Source: Histomonas meleagridis 2922-C6/04-290x (lineage: Eukaryota > Protista > Parabasalia). Taken from it: a stretch of 64,000 nucleotides of DNA. The translations under genes were made by a program, and so were the position numbers. The notes below the pieces were generated by a model. The model was given only the letters and a program-made list of their open reading frames with translations. It was not told where the DNA came from and ran no database searches. The stretch's first letter is position 1. Every line of letters starts with the position of its first letter. The DNA lies in NCBI GenBank assembly GCA_020184695.1, contig JAANOX010000087.1, positions 124,001 to 188,000 of the forward strand. Reading direction: 5' to 3'. Positions 43,586-55,747 of the stretch are shown here, piece after piece.

Positions 43586-44716
43586 ATGGCTGAAGACGAA
43601 GTTCAAACATTAGTTATCGATAATGGTTCCGGTATGTGCAAAGCTGGTTTCGCTGGTGATGAAGCACCACGCTCAGTTTTCCCATCAATTGTTGGTCGTC
43701 CAAAGTATGTCCAAACAATCGCAGGTGGTCAAAACAAGGATACATATGTTGGTGATGAAGCATGCGCTAAGGCAGGTATCCTTATCCTCAAGTACCCAAT
43801 TGAACACGGTATCGTTACCAACTGGGACGATATGGAAAAGATCTGGCACCACACCTTCTACAACGAATTACGTGTTGACCCAGCTGAACACCCAGTTCTT
43901 CTTACAGAAGCCCCAATGAACCCAAAGGCCAACCGTGAAAAGATGATCCAACTCCAATTCGAAACATTCAACGTTCCAGCATTCTATGTTGGTATCCAAG
44001 CCGTTCTTTCCCTTTACTCATCAGGTCGTACAACCGGTATCGTTTTCGATGCAGGTGATGGTGTTTCCCACACAGTTCCAATCTACGAAGGTTACTCCCT
44101 TCCACACGCCATCATGCGTATCAACCTTGCTGGTCGTGATCTCACAGCCTACCTCCAAAAGATCCTCAACGAACGTGGTTACACCTTCACAACATCCGCC
44201 GAAAAGGAAATTGTTCGTGACATCAAGGAGAAGCACGCATATGTTGCTCTTGATTTCGATGAAGAAATGAACAAGGCCGCCACAACATCCGAATGCGACA
44301 TCTCATACACACTTCCAGATGGCAACGTCATCACCATCGCCAACGAGCGCTTCAGGTGCCCAGAACTTCTTTTCAAGCCACACTTCAACGGCTTCGAATT
44401 CGAAGGTATTGACCAAACCCTCTTCAACTCCATCATGGCATGCGATATTGATGTCCGTAAGGATCTCTACGCTAACATTGTTCTCTCTGGTGGTACCACA
44501 ATGTTCGAAGGTCTCCCAGAACGTATGGAGAAGGAAATGGTCCGCCTCGCACCACCAACAATGAAGATCAAAGTCGTCGCTCCACCAGAACGTAAGTACG
44601 CAGTTTGGATCGGTGGCTCCATCCTCGCCTCCCTTGCCACATTCCCACAAATGGTTATCACACGTGACGAATACAACGAAGCTGGACCAGGAATTGTTCA
44701 CCGCAAGTGCTTCTAA
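43586..44716 (+). CDS. ACT: Actin, 376 aa
   Basis: [21 protein letters not shown]...IVHRKCF. ATG at 43586, preceded by Inr-like TCACTT. Confidence 0.99.
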   Translation: MAEDEVQTLVIDNGSGMCKAGFAGDEAPRSVFPSIVGRPKYVQTIAGGQNKDTYVGDEACAKAGILILKYPIEHGIVTNWDDMEKIWHHTFYNELRVDPAEHPVLLTEAPMNPKANREKMIQLQFETFNVPAFYVGIQAVLSLYSSGRTTGIVFDAGDGVSHTVPIYEGYSLPHAIMRINLAGRDLTAYLQKILNERGYTFTTSAEKEIVRDIKEKHAYVALDFDEEMNKAATTSECDISYTLPDGNVITIANERFRCPELLFKPHFNGFEFEGIDQTLFNSIMACDIDVRKDLYANIVLSGGTTMFEGLPERMEKEMVRLAPPTMKIKVVAPPERKYAVWIGGSILASLATFPQMVITRDEYNEAGPGIVHRKCF

Positions 44717-45336
44717 ACAATATGAATTTTCAAGTTTTATTTGTTTTATCCCACATGATACGTAATTGAACTGTGGTAAAGATCAAAAGTTTTCAGAATA
44801 ATTTGATATCCTGTCGTGTGTTAAATGAAATGATTGTTGTAAATATTTAATTACTTTTTGAAAATTAAAATTTTGATATTTATTATGATAACGCAGAGTT
44901 TTAAGTTTTTTCCATGTTGTTGAAGAGAAAATCTTCTGACAATATTTTCATTTGAACGATAAATTATTGAAAAATTCTCTCCGTAAAATGATTGGAATCC
45001 ACTTTAGATTTTTTGATTAGTAAAAACTATTTAATATATGATATAAATTAAATATGTACTCATTTGGTAAATGGAATTTTTATTAATATATGAGTTAATA
45101 TTATATTTATGCTTTACATAAAGCAAAGGAATTTGTTTATCATTATTATCAATTTATTTATTTTTGGATGATCAGGTGAAGATGCTTTCATATGTACCGT
45201 ATTAAATAATATGAATAATTTCATAATATTATTTGAAAACATAAAATATAACATCTAAATTTTTTTTTGGAATGATCATCATTTGTTTTAGTTTAATTTA
45301 ATAACTGTATATTAATTATCTAAAATTCATCAGACT

Positions 45337-45410
45337 TCCTCCCTAACTCAGTTGGTTAGAGTGTCAGACTGTTAATCTGGAAGTCGTGTGTTCGAGCCAC
45401 ACGGGAGGAG
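45337..45410 (+). tRNA. tRNA-Asn(GTT)
   Basis: TCCTCCC/GGGAGGA acceptor stem, CTGTTAA anticodon loop, GTTCGAG T-loop, downstream T7 terminator. Confidence 0.96.
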
Positions 45411-45454
45411 ATTTTTTTGTTTTTTTTGTGGATTGATTCATTTCTTTGCTTTAA

Positions 45455-46654
45455 ATGGCGAAAGTTCTTGTAACAAATCCATTTCCATCTCATTATCTTC
45501 AAGAGCTCCAAAATTTTGGCTTAGAAGTAACCCACAAAACAAATTTATCTCATGAAGAACTTTTGAAAATAATTCCTAATTTTTCAATTTTATTATGCAA
45601 CTTAACCGAAATCACTGAAGATGTTATAAATTTAGGAACAAAACTAAATATTATTATACGTTGCGGTACAGGTCCTGGCAAAATTGATATCAAAGCTGCT
45701 TCAAAAAGAGGAATTATTGTTTGTGATACTCCAAATATGTGTGATGATGCCATAGCAGAACTAACTCTTGCCCATATATTAGCTTGTAGTCGGTCAATTG
45801 TACAAAATACAGATCATTTAAGAAGAGGTGAGTGGCGACAAAAATTTTTTATGAACTGTAATGGTCTTTCAGGTCGTGTTGCAGGTTTAATTGGCACTGG
45901 CAATGCTGCAAGAACACTTATTAAACATCTTCAATCCATGAATATGAAAATCAAAGTTTGGGATAAAATCGATTCCAGCTCATCCAACAATATTCAAGGC
46001 GTTGAGTATGTCACTGACTTAAATGACATTGCCAAAACATGTGATGTAATTTCAGTTCATATTGATAATTCAAATAATTCCAATTATCATTTGATCAACA
46101 AAACTTTTTTTGATTTTGTCCAAGAAGATTCTATATTTGTTAACACTTCATGCGCTAGCGTTGTAGATACGCAAGCTTTAATGGGTGCCGTCGAAGAGAA
46201 ATATTTACTCGTTGGCTTGGACACATATGACGAAGAACCAATTGCAACAAACGCTGACTTTTCGCTGACAGAAGTTGCCGAAATAGCATCGAGTGCGACA
46301 TGTCATATTGCATCATATACTAAGCAATCGTTCGAAATGATTGCAAAAGAAGCGACAAAAATTGTTGTTAATTTTGTTAAATATGGGAAAATTTTAAATC
46401 AAATAAATTCGGCAATTGTTAATCAGCAAATGAAAAACATAACTTTAATGATAAGACATAGTGATGCACTTGGAAAAATCGTAAATTGTTGCACGGAAAA
46501 TAAAATTAATATTGTCGAGATTAAAAATTCGAATTTAACAGAGAACGAAGATATTCAAAATTGTTTGTTAACAATTGATGAAAATCAAATAGACTTCCAA
46601 GAAACTATCGGGAAATTGGAAGGAGTAATTGGCGTTGGAATAATAAAGCATTAA
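45455..46654 (+). CDS. D-3-phosphoglycerate dehydrogenase-like protein with C-terminal ACT-like domain
   Basis: IIRCGTG, AIAELTLAHIL, DVISVH, LDTYDEEP, HIASYT motifs. Confidence 0.8.
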   Translation: MAKVLVTNPFPSHYLQELQNFGLEVTHKTNLSHEELLKIIPNFSILLCNLTEITEDVINLGTKLNIIIRCGTGPGKIDIKAASKRGIIVCDTPNMCDDAIAELTLAHILACSRSIVQNTDHLRRGEWRQKFFMNCNGLSGRVAGLIGTGNAARTLIKHLQSMNMKIKVWDKIDSSSSNNIQGVEYVTDLNDIAKTCDVISVHIDNSNNSNYHLINKTFFDFVQEDSIFVNTSCASVVDTQALMGAVEEKYLLVGLDTYDEEPIATNADFSLTEVAEIASSATCHIASYTKQSFEMIAKEATKIVVNFVKYGKILNQINSAIVNQQMKNITLMIRHSDALGKIVNCCTENKINIVEIKNSNLTENEDIQNCLLTIDENQIDFQETIGKLEGVIGVGIIKH

Positions 46655-47002
46655 TAAATAAAGATATTAGTTTACTTTTTAGTATTATGATATATTAATT
46701 CATTTCATTAAATGACATATTTTCAGGAAATTTGAAATATTTAAAAAGTATTTTGGAACTAGCAAATCAGCAATTCAGTCAAAGAAAAAATTATCCAGTC
46801 TTCGTTGTGCGACTTTAAAATATATAATATATTTTAACAAGTGAAAACAAGAAAACATTAATCACAATTTAGAAAAATTGTAGAAAAAATTAACGTTCTC
46901 TTTAGATGACGATCATAATCAATTCAAATATCTGGGTTCAGATTTTTAAAAAGTGCAAAAAATTGTTGGCGGTTAGGTGCGGTTTGTTCGACTAATTATA
47001 AA

Positions 47003-49519
47003 ATGCCCGAAGTTGAACAGGTCCAAGCATCAACAGACGAAATCTTGGTTGCTAAATTACGTGATAATGTTGAAATTTTATGCAAAGGAAATCTTGAAGA
47101 GCGAATTCAAGCAGTTGATTTTCTCATTGATGAATTAAAAAAGTCAACATCATCAATGGCTTCAGTTCCCAAACCCATGAAACACCTTGTTCCTTATCTT
47201 GATGATATGATCAATTCATATAACACATTTTCAAACGATGAATTTAAGAGGAAGTTAGCTGATCTTCTTTCCCTTCTTTCCATTATCAAAATCGAAACCA
47301 GTTATGATATTCTCATTTACCGTCTTGCTTGTCCCATTGAAAACATCGGAAGTTGGGGTCATGAATATGTGAGATGTCTTACACTCGTTTTAACTCGCGC
47401 ATATGATCATCCCGAAGACGTCCCAGCAGGCGTTGATTTAAACCCATTAATTGCCCAAATTGCTAAATATTACATGGATCATAACGATGAACCAGATGCA
47501 TGTGATCTTCTTCTCAATGTTGAAAAACTTGATGACATTATTGCTCTTGTTGATGAAGAATCTCATGTACGTGTATGTACTTATCTTTTACAATGTTATA
47601 ATTATCTTCCAGATCCAGTCAATAGTCAAGTTCTCCATACTGTTGAAAAGATCTATGCCAATCTCCACAAGACTGTTCAAAGCATGGTTATTGCCCTTAA
47701 ATTAAATGATCATGAACTAATGCATGACATATTCACAAATTGTACTGACGAAAGTGAAAAGAAACAATTAGCATTTCTTCTTGCTCGTCAATTAATAGTC
47801 TTTGATGACATGGATAGCGAACTTGTCGACATTGCGACAAACACAGAGCTCTATCGTCGCTTCATTGAAGTGTCAAACCGTTTGGGGCGGTCCAAACCGA
47901 AAACCCCCGATGATGTCCTTCAGCTTCAAGCCACTATTGGGAATCGTAATGCACGCCAAGATAAGACATGGCCAATGCTTGCCAAGTCCTTTGTTGCCGC
48001 CTTTCATAACGCTGGTATCAAAGAAGATTTGTATTATACCACAAACCGAGGTGATGAAAGTATATTACGTAATAGAGGAATATATCGATCGGTACCAGTA
48101 GCAGGCATAGGTATGTTAAACTTATGGGACATTGAAGAAGGACTTAATGTATTAGATAAGTATACTCGCTCAGAAGATGAAAATATTATAATGGGAGCCT
48201 TAACAGGAATAGGTATTATCTCTTCAGCAGTCCGTAGTGAGTTTGATCCAGCGATTGCACTTATTGGAGATTCACTCAAATCAAACAAAGACAATATCTT
48301 AGTTGGCGCCATCTTTGGCTTGGCCATGGCCTATGCCGGGTCGGTACGCCGAGATATCTTTGAATTATTACTACCATTATTACAGTCAGATAATCCCCGG
48401 ATCTATTCATATGTTGCCCTAGCATCCGGCTTAATATTTGTTGGCTCTCCAGATGACGAAGTCTTAAATACCCTGTTAAATATTGTCACAAACATTGAAG
48501 ATGACTCATTTCCATCGAAGTACATTCCATTATTATCGTTAGGCTTAGGCTTAATGTTTATGGGCAAGCAAAGTCAATGTAAGAGCATCATCCAATGCAT
48601 CCAAGCTTCATCCAAGGACACCACTTTATCCAAATTTGTGCAAACCACAATCACAGCGTGTGCGTATGCCGGCACAGGTAATGTCCTCATCATCCAAGAG
48701 TTATTACGCATTTGCACGGGCGAAGATTCGATACAACACTCTGCAGCAGTCTTAGGCATAGCCATGATCGCATTAGGTGACTCAGTCAGTTGCCAAATGG
48801 CGCAACGAATGTTCGAGCACATACTACAATACGGCAAGCCAAGCGCGCGCCTTATGGTGCCCATTGCGTACGCATTGACATCTATCTCTAATCCTTTGCC
48901 TGAATTAGTCGACACGTTACACCGCATCGGCCATGACACTGACACTAACATATGCTGTAACGCTGCGATAGCCATTGGCTTGTTGGCCGCCGGCACGCAA
49001 AACAGCAGAGCGATCAATGTGCTGAGGGCATTAGCTTCGTTCCATAAGAGTAATCAGCAAATTGTTTGCTTGTTACAAATTGCTGAAGGTTTGACTCAAC
49101 TAGGACAAGGATTAATGACACTCGCGCCGACTTATGGTGACTCAACATTGTTACATCCGGTCGCGTTGGGTTCACTTTTGGCTGTAGCATTCTCTTGCAT
49201 AAACACAACAGAGCTGGTGCTGAACCAGGACCCGTTACTGATGTTCTTCGTGGCGCCGGCTATCGGCCAGCGGTTTCTGGTGACGTTAGATGAGGACCTT
49301 AACGTCCTCCCGCTGCAGGTCAGAGTCGGTACAGCTATAGACGTAGTGGGTCAGGCAGGTAGACCAAGGACTATCACGGGATTCCAGACATTGGATACGC
49401 CAGTGATATTGGCATCGGGCCAAAGAGCAGAATTCGTGGACGAGACTTATGAACCATTGTCACCGATTTTGGAGGGATTTGTAATTGTTCGTAAGAGAAC
49501 AAATAGCGCAAAAGAATGA
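47003..49519 (+). CDS. RPN1: 26S proteasome regulatory subunit RPN1/PSMD2
   Basis: SMASVPKPMKHL, WGHEYVRCL, VRVGTAIDVVGQAGRPRTITGFQT. Confidence 0.97.
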   Translation: MPEVEQVQASTDEILVAKLRDNVEILCKGNLEERIQAVDFLIDELKKSTSSMASVPKPMKHLVPYLDDMINSYNTFSNDEFKRKLADLLSLLSIIKIETSYDILIYRLACPIENIGSWGHEYVRCLTLVLTRAYDHPEDVPAGVDLNPLIAQIAKYYMDHNDEPDACDLLLNVEKLDDIIALVDEESHVRVCTYLLQCYNYLPDPVNSQVLHTVEKIYANLHKTVQSMVIALKLNDHELMHDIFTNCTDESEKKQLAFLLARQLIVFDDMDSELVDIATNTELYRRFIEVSNRLGRSKPKTPDDVLQLQATIGNRNARQDKTWPMLAKSFVAAFHNAGIKEDLYYTTNRGDESILRNRGIYRSVPVAGIGMLNLWDIEEGLNVLDKYTRSEDENIIMGALTGIGIISSAVRSEFDPAIALIGDSLKSNKDNILVGAIFGLAMAYAGSVRRDIFELLLPLLQSDNPRIYSYVALASGLIFVGSPDDEVLNTLLNIVTNIEDDSFPSKYIPLLSLGLGLMFMGKQSQCKSIIQCIQASSKDTTLSKFVQTTITACAYAGTGNVLIIQELLRICTGEDSIQHSAAVLGIAMIALGDSVSCQMAQRMFEHILQYGKPSARLMVPIAYALTSISNPLPELVDTLHRIGHDTDTNICCNAAIAIGLLAAGTQNSRAINVLRALASFHKSNQQIVCLLQIAEGLTQLGQGLMTLAPTYGDSTLLHPVALGSLLAVAFSCINTTELVLNQDPLLMFFVAPAIGQRFLVTLDEDLNVLPLQVRVGTAIDVVGQAGRPRTITGFQTLDTPVILASGQRAEFVDETYEPLSPILEGFVIVRKRTNSAKE

Positions 49520-49742
49520 ATAAATTGGAATTTGATCAAATTTTAACGGTCTCTGCAAAAACGAAAGTGAATTTTCTTCGGATTTCTTCGGATGGTATTA
49601 ATGAGACAAATTTTATGAACAAAAACGCAAAGATGTCATATGCAGACGGATGTTTATTGTGAGAAATAAGAAATAAAAAGATGAACATCTCCAAAAGTCC
49701 GTTGTTGGCACGACCGTTTATTTCTGTCTGGCCACTTTTAAA

Positions 49743-51350
49743 ATGTCGCTGGCGTTTGACGAACGTGGTAACCCTTTTATTGTTATCCGAGACCAGGGAA
49801 CAAAGGAACGTCTTAAAGGAATTGAAGCACTCCGTGCAAACATCCAAGCTGCTACAGCCACAACATCAGTTCTCAAAACTTCTCTAGGTCCTCGTGGCTT
49901 AGATAAAATTATTATTACTCCACATAATGAAGTTATTGTAACTAATGATGGTGCTACAATCATGAAAGAAATGGACGTAGAACATCAAGTTGCAAAATTA
50001 CTTGTCGACTTATCTAAATCAATGGATAATGAAATAGGTGATGGTACAACATCCGTTGTTGTTCTTGCTGGCTGTCTTTTAGAAGCAGCTCTTGGTTTAC
50101 TAGATCGTGGACTTCATCCATTACGAATTGCTGAAGGTTTTGAACGTGCATGTGATATAGCAACAAAAAGACTTGAAGAAATTTCAGAAAAATTAGAATT
50201 TACACCAGAAGATCACAGACTTCTTGATGAAGTATGTGAAACTACACTTAACAGCAAAATCGTCTCAAGATTTAGAAACGAACTTGCTGCCATGTCAGTC
50301 GATGCCGTCCTTCGCGTCGCAGACCTTAAACGTAATGACGTCAACCTCGAGCGCATCAAATTGGTCAGTAGGGTCGGCGGCCGTTTAGAGGACACGAAAT
50401 TGCTTAACGGTCTCGTTATCGATAAGACATGGAGTCATTCCCAAATGCCACGTAATCTTGAGAATGCTAAAGTTGCCATTTTGACATGTCCATTTGAACC
50501 ACCCAAACCAAAGACAAAGATCAATGTTACAATATCAACAGCAGAGGAATATGCACAATTACACAAACAAGAGCAAGAATACTTCATACAACAAATTAAG
50601 AAGCTTCAAGAAGCAGGAGCTACAGCTGTTATGTGTCAATGGGGATTTGATGATGAAGCCAATCATCTTTTATGCATGCATCATCTCCCAGCTGTTCGTT
50701 GGGTTCTTGGAGGTGATATTGAGAAGCTTGCCATTACCACAGGTGCCAGGATCATCCAACGATTTGAAGATATTGATTCTTCCAAACTTGGTACAGCATC
50801 AAAGATCACTGAATTATCATTTGGCACCAGTGGCGAACATCTTCTTCTTATCGAGGCAGCCGAGAAAGAGCCATGTGTCACATTTTTGATTCGTGGCGGT
50901 AACAAACTTATGCTTGCAGAGGCCGAACGTTCTATCCATGACTCGTTATGTGTTGCGCGTAACCTCATTCGCGATAATCGTATTGTCTATGGCGGTGGCG
51001 CAAGTGAAATTGCAGCGGCTGCAGCAGTGCGTAAGGCAGCAGAGGCCGACAGCACTATACATCAATACGCAATGCGCGCGTTCGCTAATGCACTCGAAGG
51101 TATTCCACAGGCATTGGCAATGAACTCCGGACTCGCGCCAATCGAAACAGTAGAGAACGTGAAGAAGATGCAGGCAGAGACAGGAAAGACATCGCTCGGA
51201 ATTGACGCACTGTTTACAGGTACAAATGATATGAAAGAACAGAAAGTTATTGAAACATTACATGGAAAATCAGAACAATTCATTTTGGCAACACAAATAG
51301 CGAAAATGGTTCTCAAAATTGATGATGTTATCGAAGACATTCCACTCTAA
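49743..51350 (+). CDS. CCT5: T-complex protein 1 epsilon (CCT5)
   Basis: MSLAFDERGNPFIVIR, GDGTTSVVV, LTCPFEPPKPKTK, CQWGFDDEANHLL. Confidence 0.97.
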   Translation: MSLAFDERGNPFIVIRDQGTKERLKGIEALRANIQAATATTSVLKTSLGPRGLDKIIITPHNEVIVTNDGATIMKEMDVEHQVAKLLVDLSKSMDNEIGDGTTSVVVLAGCLLEAALGLLDRGLHPLRIAEGFERACDIATKRLEEISEKLEFTPEDHRLLDEVCETTLNSKIVSRFRNELAAMSVDAVLRVADLKRNDVNLERIKLVSRVGGRLEDTKLLNGLVIDKTWSHSQMPRNLENAKVAILTCPFEPPKPKTKINVTISTAEEYAQLHKQEQEYFIQQIKKLQEAGATAVMCQWGFDDEANHLLCMHHLPAVRWVLGGDIEKLAITTGARIIQRFEDIDSSKLGTASKITELSFGTSGEHLLLIEAAEKEPCVTFLIRGGNKLMLAEAERSIHDSLCVARNLIRDNRIVYGGGASEIAAAAAVRKAAEADSTIHQYAMRAFANALEGIPQALAMNSGLAPIETVENVKKMQAETGKTSLGIDALFTGTNDMKEQKVIETLHGKSEQFILATQIAKMVLKIDDVIEDIPL

Positions 51351-51972
51351 ACACAAAGAATAATTGAATTTTTGTTTTGGCTTTTTACCGATTTTATCAT
51401 TTTCGTGTACATGAAAATTTGTGTTTTTATTGTTGTTCTAAGTAACAATGCTTATTTAATATTAAGTAATGTTAATTTAAATTAAGAATTACCAAAATGT
51501 ATTCGAAATTAATCGATTTTTCATTTACAAGTTGATTCACCGGATTAATCCTCGTGATGGAAGGAAAAGAGGCAGAATATGCTCACAACAGCACACTCAT
51601 ATGACTACTTCACATTGAGATTAAGCTTTGTGATCTTTTAACAAATTTATGTAATGATAAACTGATTATGATCTCACATAGCCCAAAAAAACTCAATATA
51701 AATAAACTCAAATACCCATAATTATGCAATTTTGGTTGATCTTTTTTTTAAACTTTGAGAATATTGGTGATTTTTTGTGTTTTTCTTTACCAAGAAATTG
51801 GTGGATAGGGGATTAATCCTGTTACAATACCTTTGTGCATAAGATGCTGTATTACAAAACAGTAATGAACATGATAATCTCAAAACGTATGCACATTCTT
51901 CAATCACATGAAGCTGTGATGATGTTTCTGAAGTGAAGGATTTACAAATGCTACGTAATTTATAGAAGACCT

Positions 51973-54900
51973 TTAGTAAAATTCATCAGTTACAAGGAGC
52001 GGCTCGTCGGAATCGGTGTTTTTAGCTCTTCGGGTCTTAATCCTATACACAGTGTATATAACCACCGCAACAAGCACAAAGCCAATTACGCCGACTCCGA
52101 ACATCGTTGACTTCAAGTTGTCGTTTTGCTCGCTTTTGCCGTACCTGCCATAGTTTAGCGTGGCCGTCTCCTTGTCGTCGTCCTTTTCTTTGTCGTCTTC
52201 GTCATCGTCGTCATCGTCGTCATCTTCATCACTTTCTTTGTCTTTTTGCGTTTTTTCTTTGTCCTCTGCATCATTTTCTTTTTGCTTCTTGTTGATTTGA
52301 TCCTGTTCTTTGTCTTTATTATCTTCACCTTCTTTATCTTTCTGCTCTTTCTGTTCCTTATCTTTATCTATTTGTTCATTTTCCTTATCTTCTTTGTCTT
52401 TCTGTTCTTTCTGTTCCTTATCTTTATTCTCTTCATCTGTTTTATCTTTCTGCTCTTTTTTTTCCTTATCTTTATCTATTTGTTCATTTTCCTTATCTTC
52501 TTTGTCTTTCTGTTCCTTAACTTTATCTTCTTTATCTTTCTGTTCTTTCTGTTCTTTCTGTTCCCATTATCTTTATTCTCTTCATCTGTTTTATCTTTCT
52601 GCTCTTTCTGTTCCTTATCTTTATCTATTTGTTCATTTTCCTTATCTTCTTTGTCTTTCTGTTCCTTATCTTTATCTTCTTTATCTTTCTGTTCTTTCTG
52701 TTCCTTATCTTTATTCTCTTCATCTGTTTTATCTTTCTGCTCTTTCTGTTCCTTATCTTTATCTATTTGTTCATTTTCCTTATCTTCTTTGTCTTTCTGT
52801 TCCTTAACTTTATCTTCTTTATCTTTCTGTTCTTTCTGTTCTTTCTGTTCCTTATCTTTATTCTCTTCATCTGTTTTATCTTTCTGCTCTTTCTGTTCCT
52901 TATCTTTATCTATTTGTTCATTTTCCTTATCTTCTTTGTCTTTCTGTTCCTTATCTTTATCTTCTTTATCTTTCTGTTCTTTCTGTTCCTTATCTTTATT
53001 CTCTTCATCTTCTTTATCTTTTTGTTTCTTATCTTTATTCTCTTCATCTGTTTTATCTTTCTGCTCTTTCTGTTCCTTATCTTTATTCTCTTTATCTTCT
53101 TCATCTTTTTGTTTCTTATCTTTATTCTCTTCATCTGTTTTATCTTTCTGCTCTTTCTGTTCCTTATCTTTATCTATTTGTTCATTTTCCTTATCTTCTT
53201 TGTCTTTCTGTTCCTTATCTTTATCTTCTTTATCTTTCTGTTCTTTCTGTTCCTTATCTTTATTCTCTTCATCTTCTTTATCTTTTTGTTTCTTATCTTT
53301 ATTCTCTTCATCTGTTTTATCTTTCTGCTCTTTCTGTTCCTTATCTTTATCTATTTGTTCATTTTCCTTATCTTCTTTGTCTTTCTGTTCCTTATCTTTA
53401 TCTTCTTTATCTTTCTGTTCTTTCTGTTCCTTATCTTTATTCTCTTCATCTTCTTTATCTTTTTGTTTCTTATCTTTATTCTCTTCATCTTCTTTATCTT
53501 TCTGTTCTTTCTGTTCCTTATCTTTATTCTCTTTATCTTCTTCATCTTTTTGTTTCTTGTCTTTATCTTTTTGTTCATTTCCTTTATCTTCTTTATCTTT
53601 CTTTTCCTTATCTTTATTCTCTTTATCTTCTTCATCTTTTTGTTTCTTGTCTTTATCTTTTTGTTCATTTCCTTTATCTTCTTTATCTTTCTGTTCTTTC
53701 TGTTCCTTATCTTTATTCTCTTTATCTTCTTCATCTTTTTGTTTCTTGTCTTTATCTTTTTGTTCATTTCCTTTATCTTCTTTATCTTTCTTTTCCTTAT
53801 CTTTATTCTCTTTATCTTCTTCATCTTTTTGTTTCTTGTCTTTATCTTTTTGTTCATTTCCTTTATCTTCTTTATCTTTCTTTTCCTTATCTTTATTCTC
53901 TTTATCTTCTTCATCTTTTTGTTTCTTGTCTTTATCTTTTTGTTCATTTTCCTTATCATCTTTATCTTTTTTATCCTTTTGTCTCTTATCTTCTTTATCT
54001 TCTTCTTCATTATCTTTTTGTTCATTTTCTTTATCTTCTTTATCTTTCTGTTCTTTTTGTTTCTTATCTTTATTCTCTTTATCTTCTTTGTCTTTTTGTT
54101 CATTTCCTTTATCTTCTTCACTTTCTTTGCCTTTATCTTTTTTATCATTTTTCTTGTCTTCTTCTTCATTATCTTTTTGTTTCTTATCTTTATCTTTTTG
54201 TTCATTTTCCTTATCATCTTTATCTTTTTGTTCATTTTCCTTATCTTTTTGTTTCTTGTCTTTATCTTTTTGTTTCTTGTCTTTATCTTTTTGTTCATTT
54301 TCTTTATCTTCTTCTTCATTATCTTTTTGTTTCTTGTCTTTATCTATTTGTTCATTTCCTTTATCTTCTTCTTCATTATCTTTTTGTTCATTTTCCTTAT
54401 CATCTTTATCTTTTTGTTTCTTGTCTTTATCTTCTTCTTCATTATCTTTTTGTTCATTTTCCTTATCATCTTTATCTTTTTGTTCATTTTCCTTATCATC
54501 TTTATCTTTTTGTTTCTTGTCTTTATCTTTTTGTTTCTTGTCTTTATCTTTTTGTTCATTTTCTTTATCTTCTTCTTCATTATCTTTTTGTTTCTTGTCT
54601 TTATCTATTTGTTCATTTCCTTTATCTTCTTCTTCATTATCTTTTTGTTCCTTATCTTTATCTTTTTGTTCATTTTCCTTATCATCTTTATCTTTTTGTT
54701 TCTTGTCTTTATCTATTTGTTCATTTCCTTTATCTTTTTTATCTTTTTGTTTCTTATCATCTTTATCTTTTTGTTCCTTTTCTTTATCTTCATTGTTATC
54801 TTTTGCTTTACCTTTTTTATTCTCAGTTTCTTTATCTTCTTCACTTTGCTTACCTTTATTTCCTTGATTTACTTCTGTTTCATTTTCTTTGTTTACTTCT

Positions 54901-55649
54901 GTGGCGTTTTCTTTGGTTATATTTATTGTATTTTCTTTACTTACTTCTGTTTCGTTTTCTTTGGTTGTATTTGTTGGTGTGCGTTTCTTGTTGTTCTTTA
55001 CTGTTTTCCTTTTGCTTTCTTTACTTACTTCTGTTTCGTTTTCTTTGGTTATGTTTATTGTATTTTCTTTACTTACTTCTGTTTCATTTTCTTTGGTTAT
55101 GTTTATTGTATTTTCTTTACTTACTTCTGTTTCATTTTCTTTGGTTATATTTATTGTATTTTCTTTACTTACTTCTGTTTCGTTTTCTTTGGTTAACTCT
55201 GTTGCATCATTTTTTTCATTTCTTTTATCTAATTGATTTGTGCTTTCTCCATCTACTTCCGTTGTGTTTTCTTTGTTTAATTCAATTATATCTTCTGTTG
55301 TTAAATCTGTGATGGTTCGAATCCTTTTTCTTTCAGGTAATTGACTTTTACTTTCTCCGTCTATTTCCGTCATATTTTCTTTCTTTATTTCAGTTGTATT
55401 TCCTTCAATTTCTTGCATTTTTTGATTATTAATTGTTTCTGTTGAATTGTGTATTTCACTATTGTTGACTACATTTACACTAGCATTTCCATTATTCTCT
55501 TTTTCCACAGTTGAAATTATTTTCTTTTTATCAAAAACATTTTGGTTATCGTTTTGTTGAGTAGAAGTTTTATTTAATGGGTAAGGCGTTTTTTCATCTG
55601 AAGAAACATTTTGTTGCAGGATGAAAAGAACTCCGAACAACAACAACAT
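51973..55649 (-). CDS. Repetitive K/D/E-rich type I membrane protein, about 1224 aa, with one apparent 2-nt frameshift near 52565
   Basis: Signal peptide at 55649, then N-glycosylation-rich repeats and about 2.5 kb of KDE repeats. After the frameshift the frame continues to a TM helix (GVGVIGFVLVAVVIYTVY) and the tail DSDEPLLVTDEFY* (TAA at 51973-75). Confidence 0.8.
52300..55200 (-). repeat. Coding minisatellite arrays (KDE units; 48-nt KENETEVSKENTINIT units)
   Basis: Visible multi-level tandem repeats. Confidence 0.95.
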
Positions 55650-55747
55650 TGCCTCGTGCCTGAATATATAAATAAACCTATCAATTCATTCAAAAAAAAC
55701 TTCCATTTTATAACCGTTAAAATCTGTGGCCACAAAAGAAACCAGAA

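Noticed and set aside
52246-55312. Long plus-strand F/L/S/I-rich ORFs and minus-strand K/I/M-rich ORFs
   Set aside because: Shadow frames of the low-complexity KDE repeat gene.
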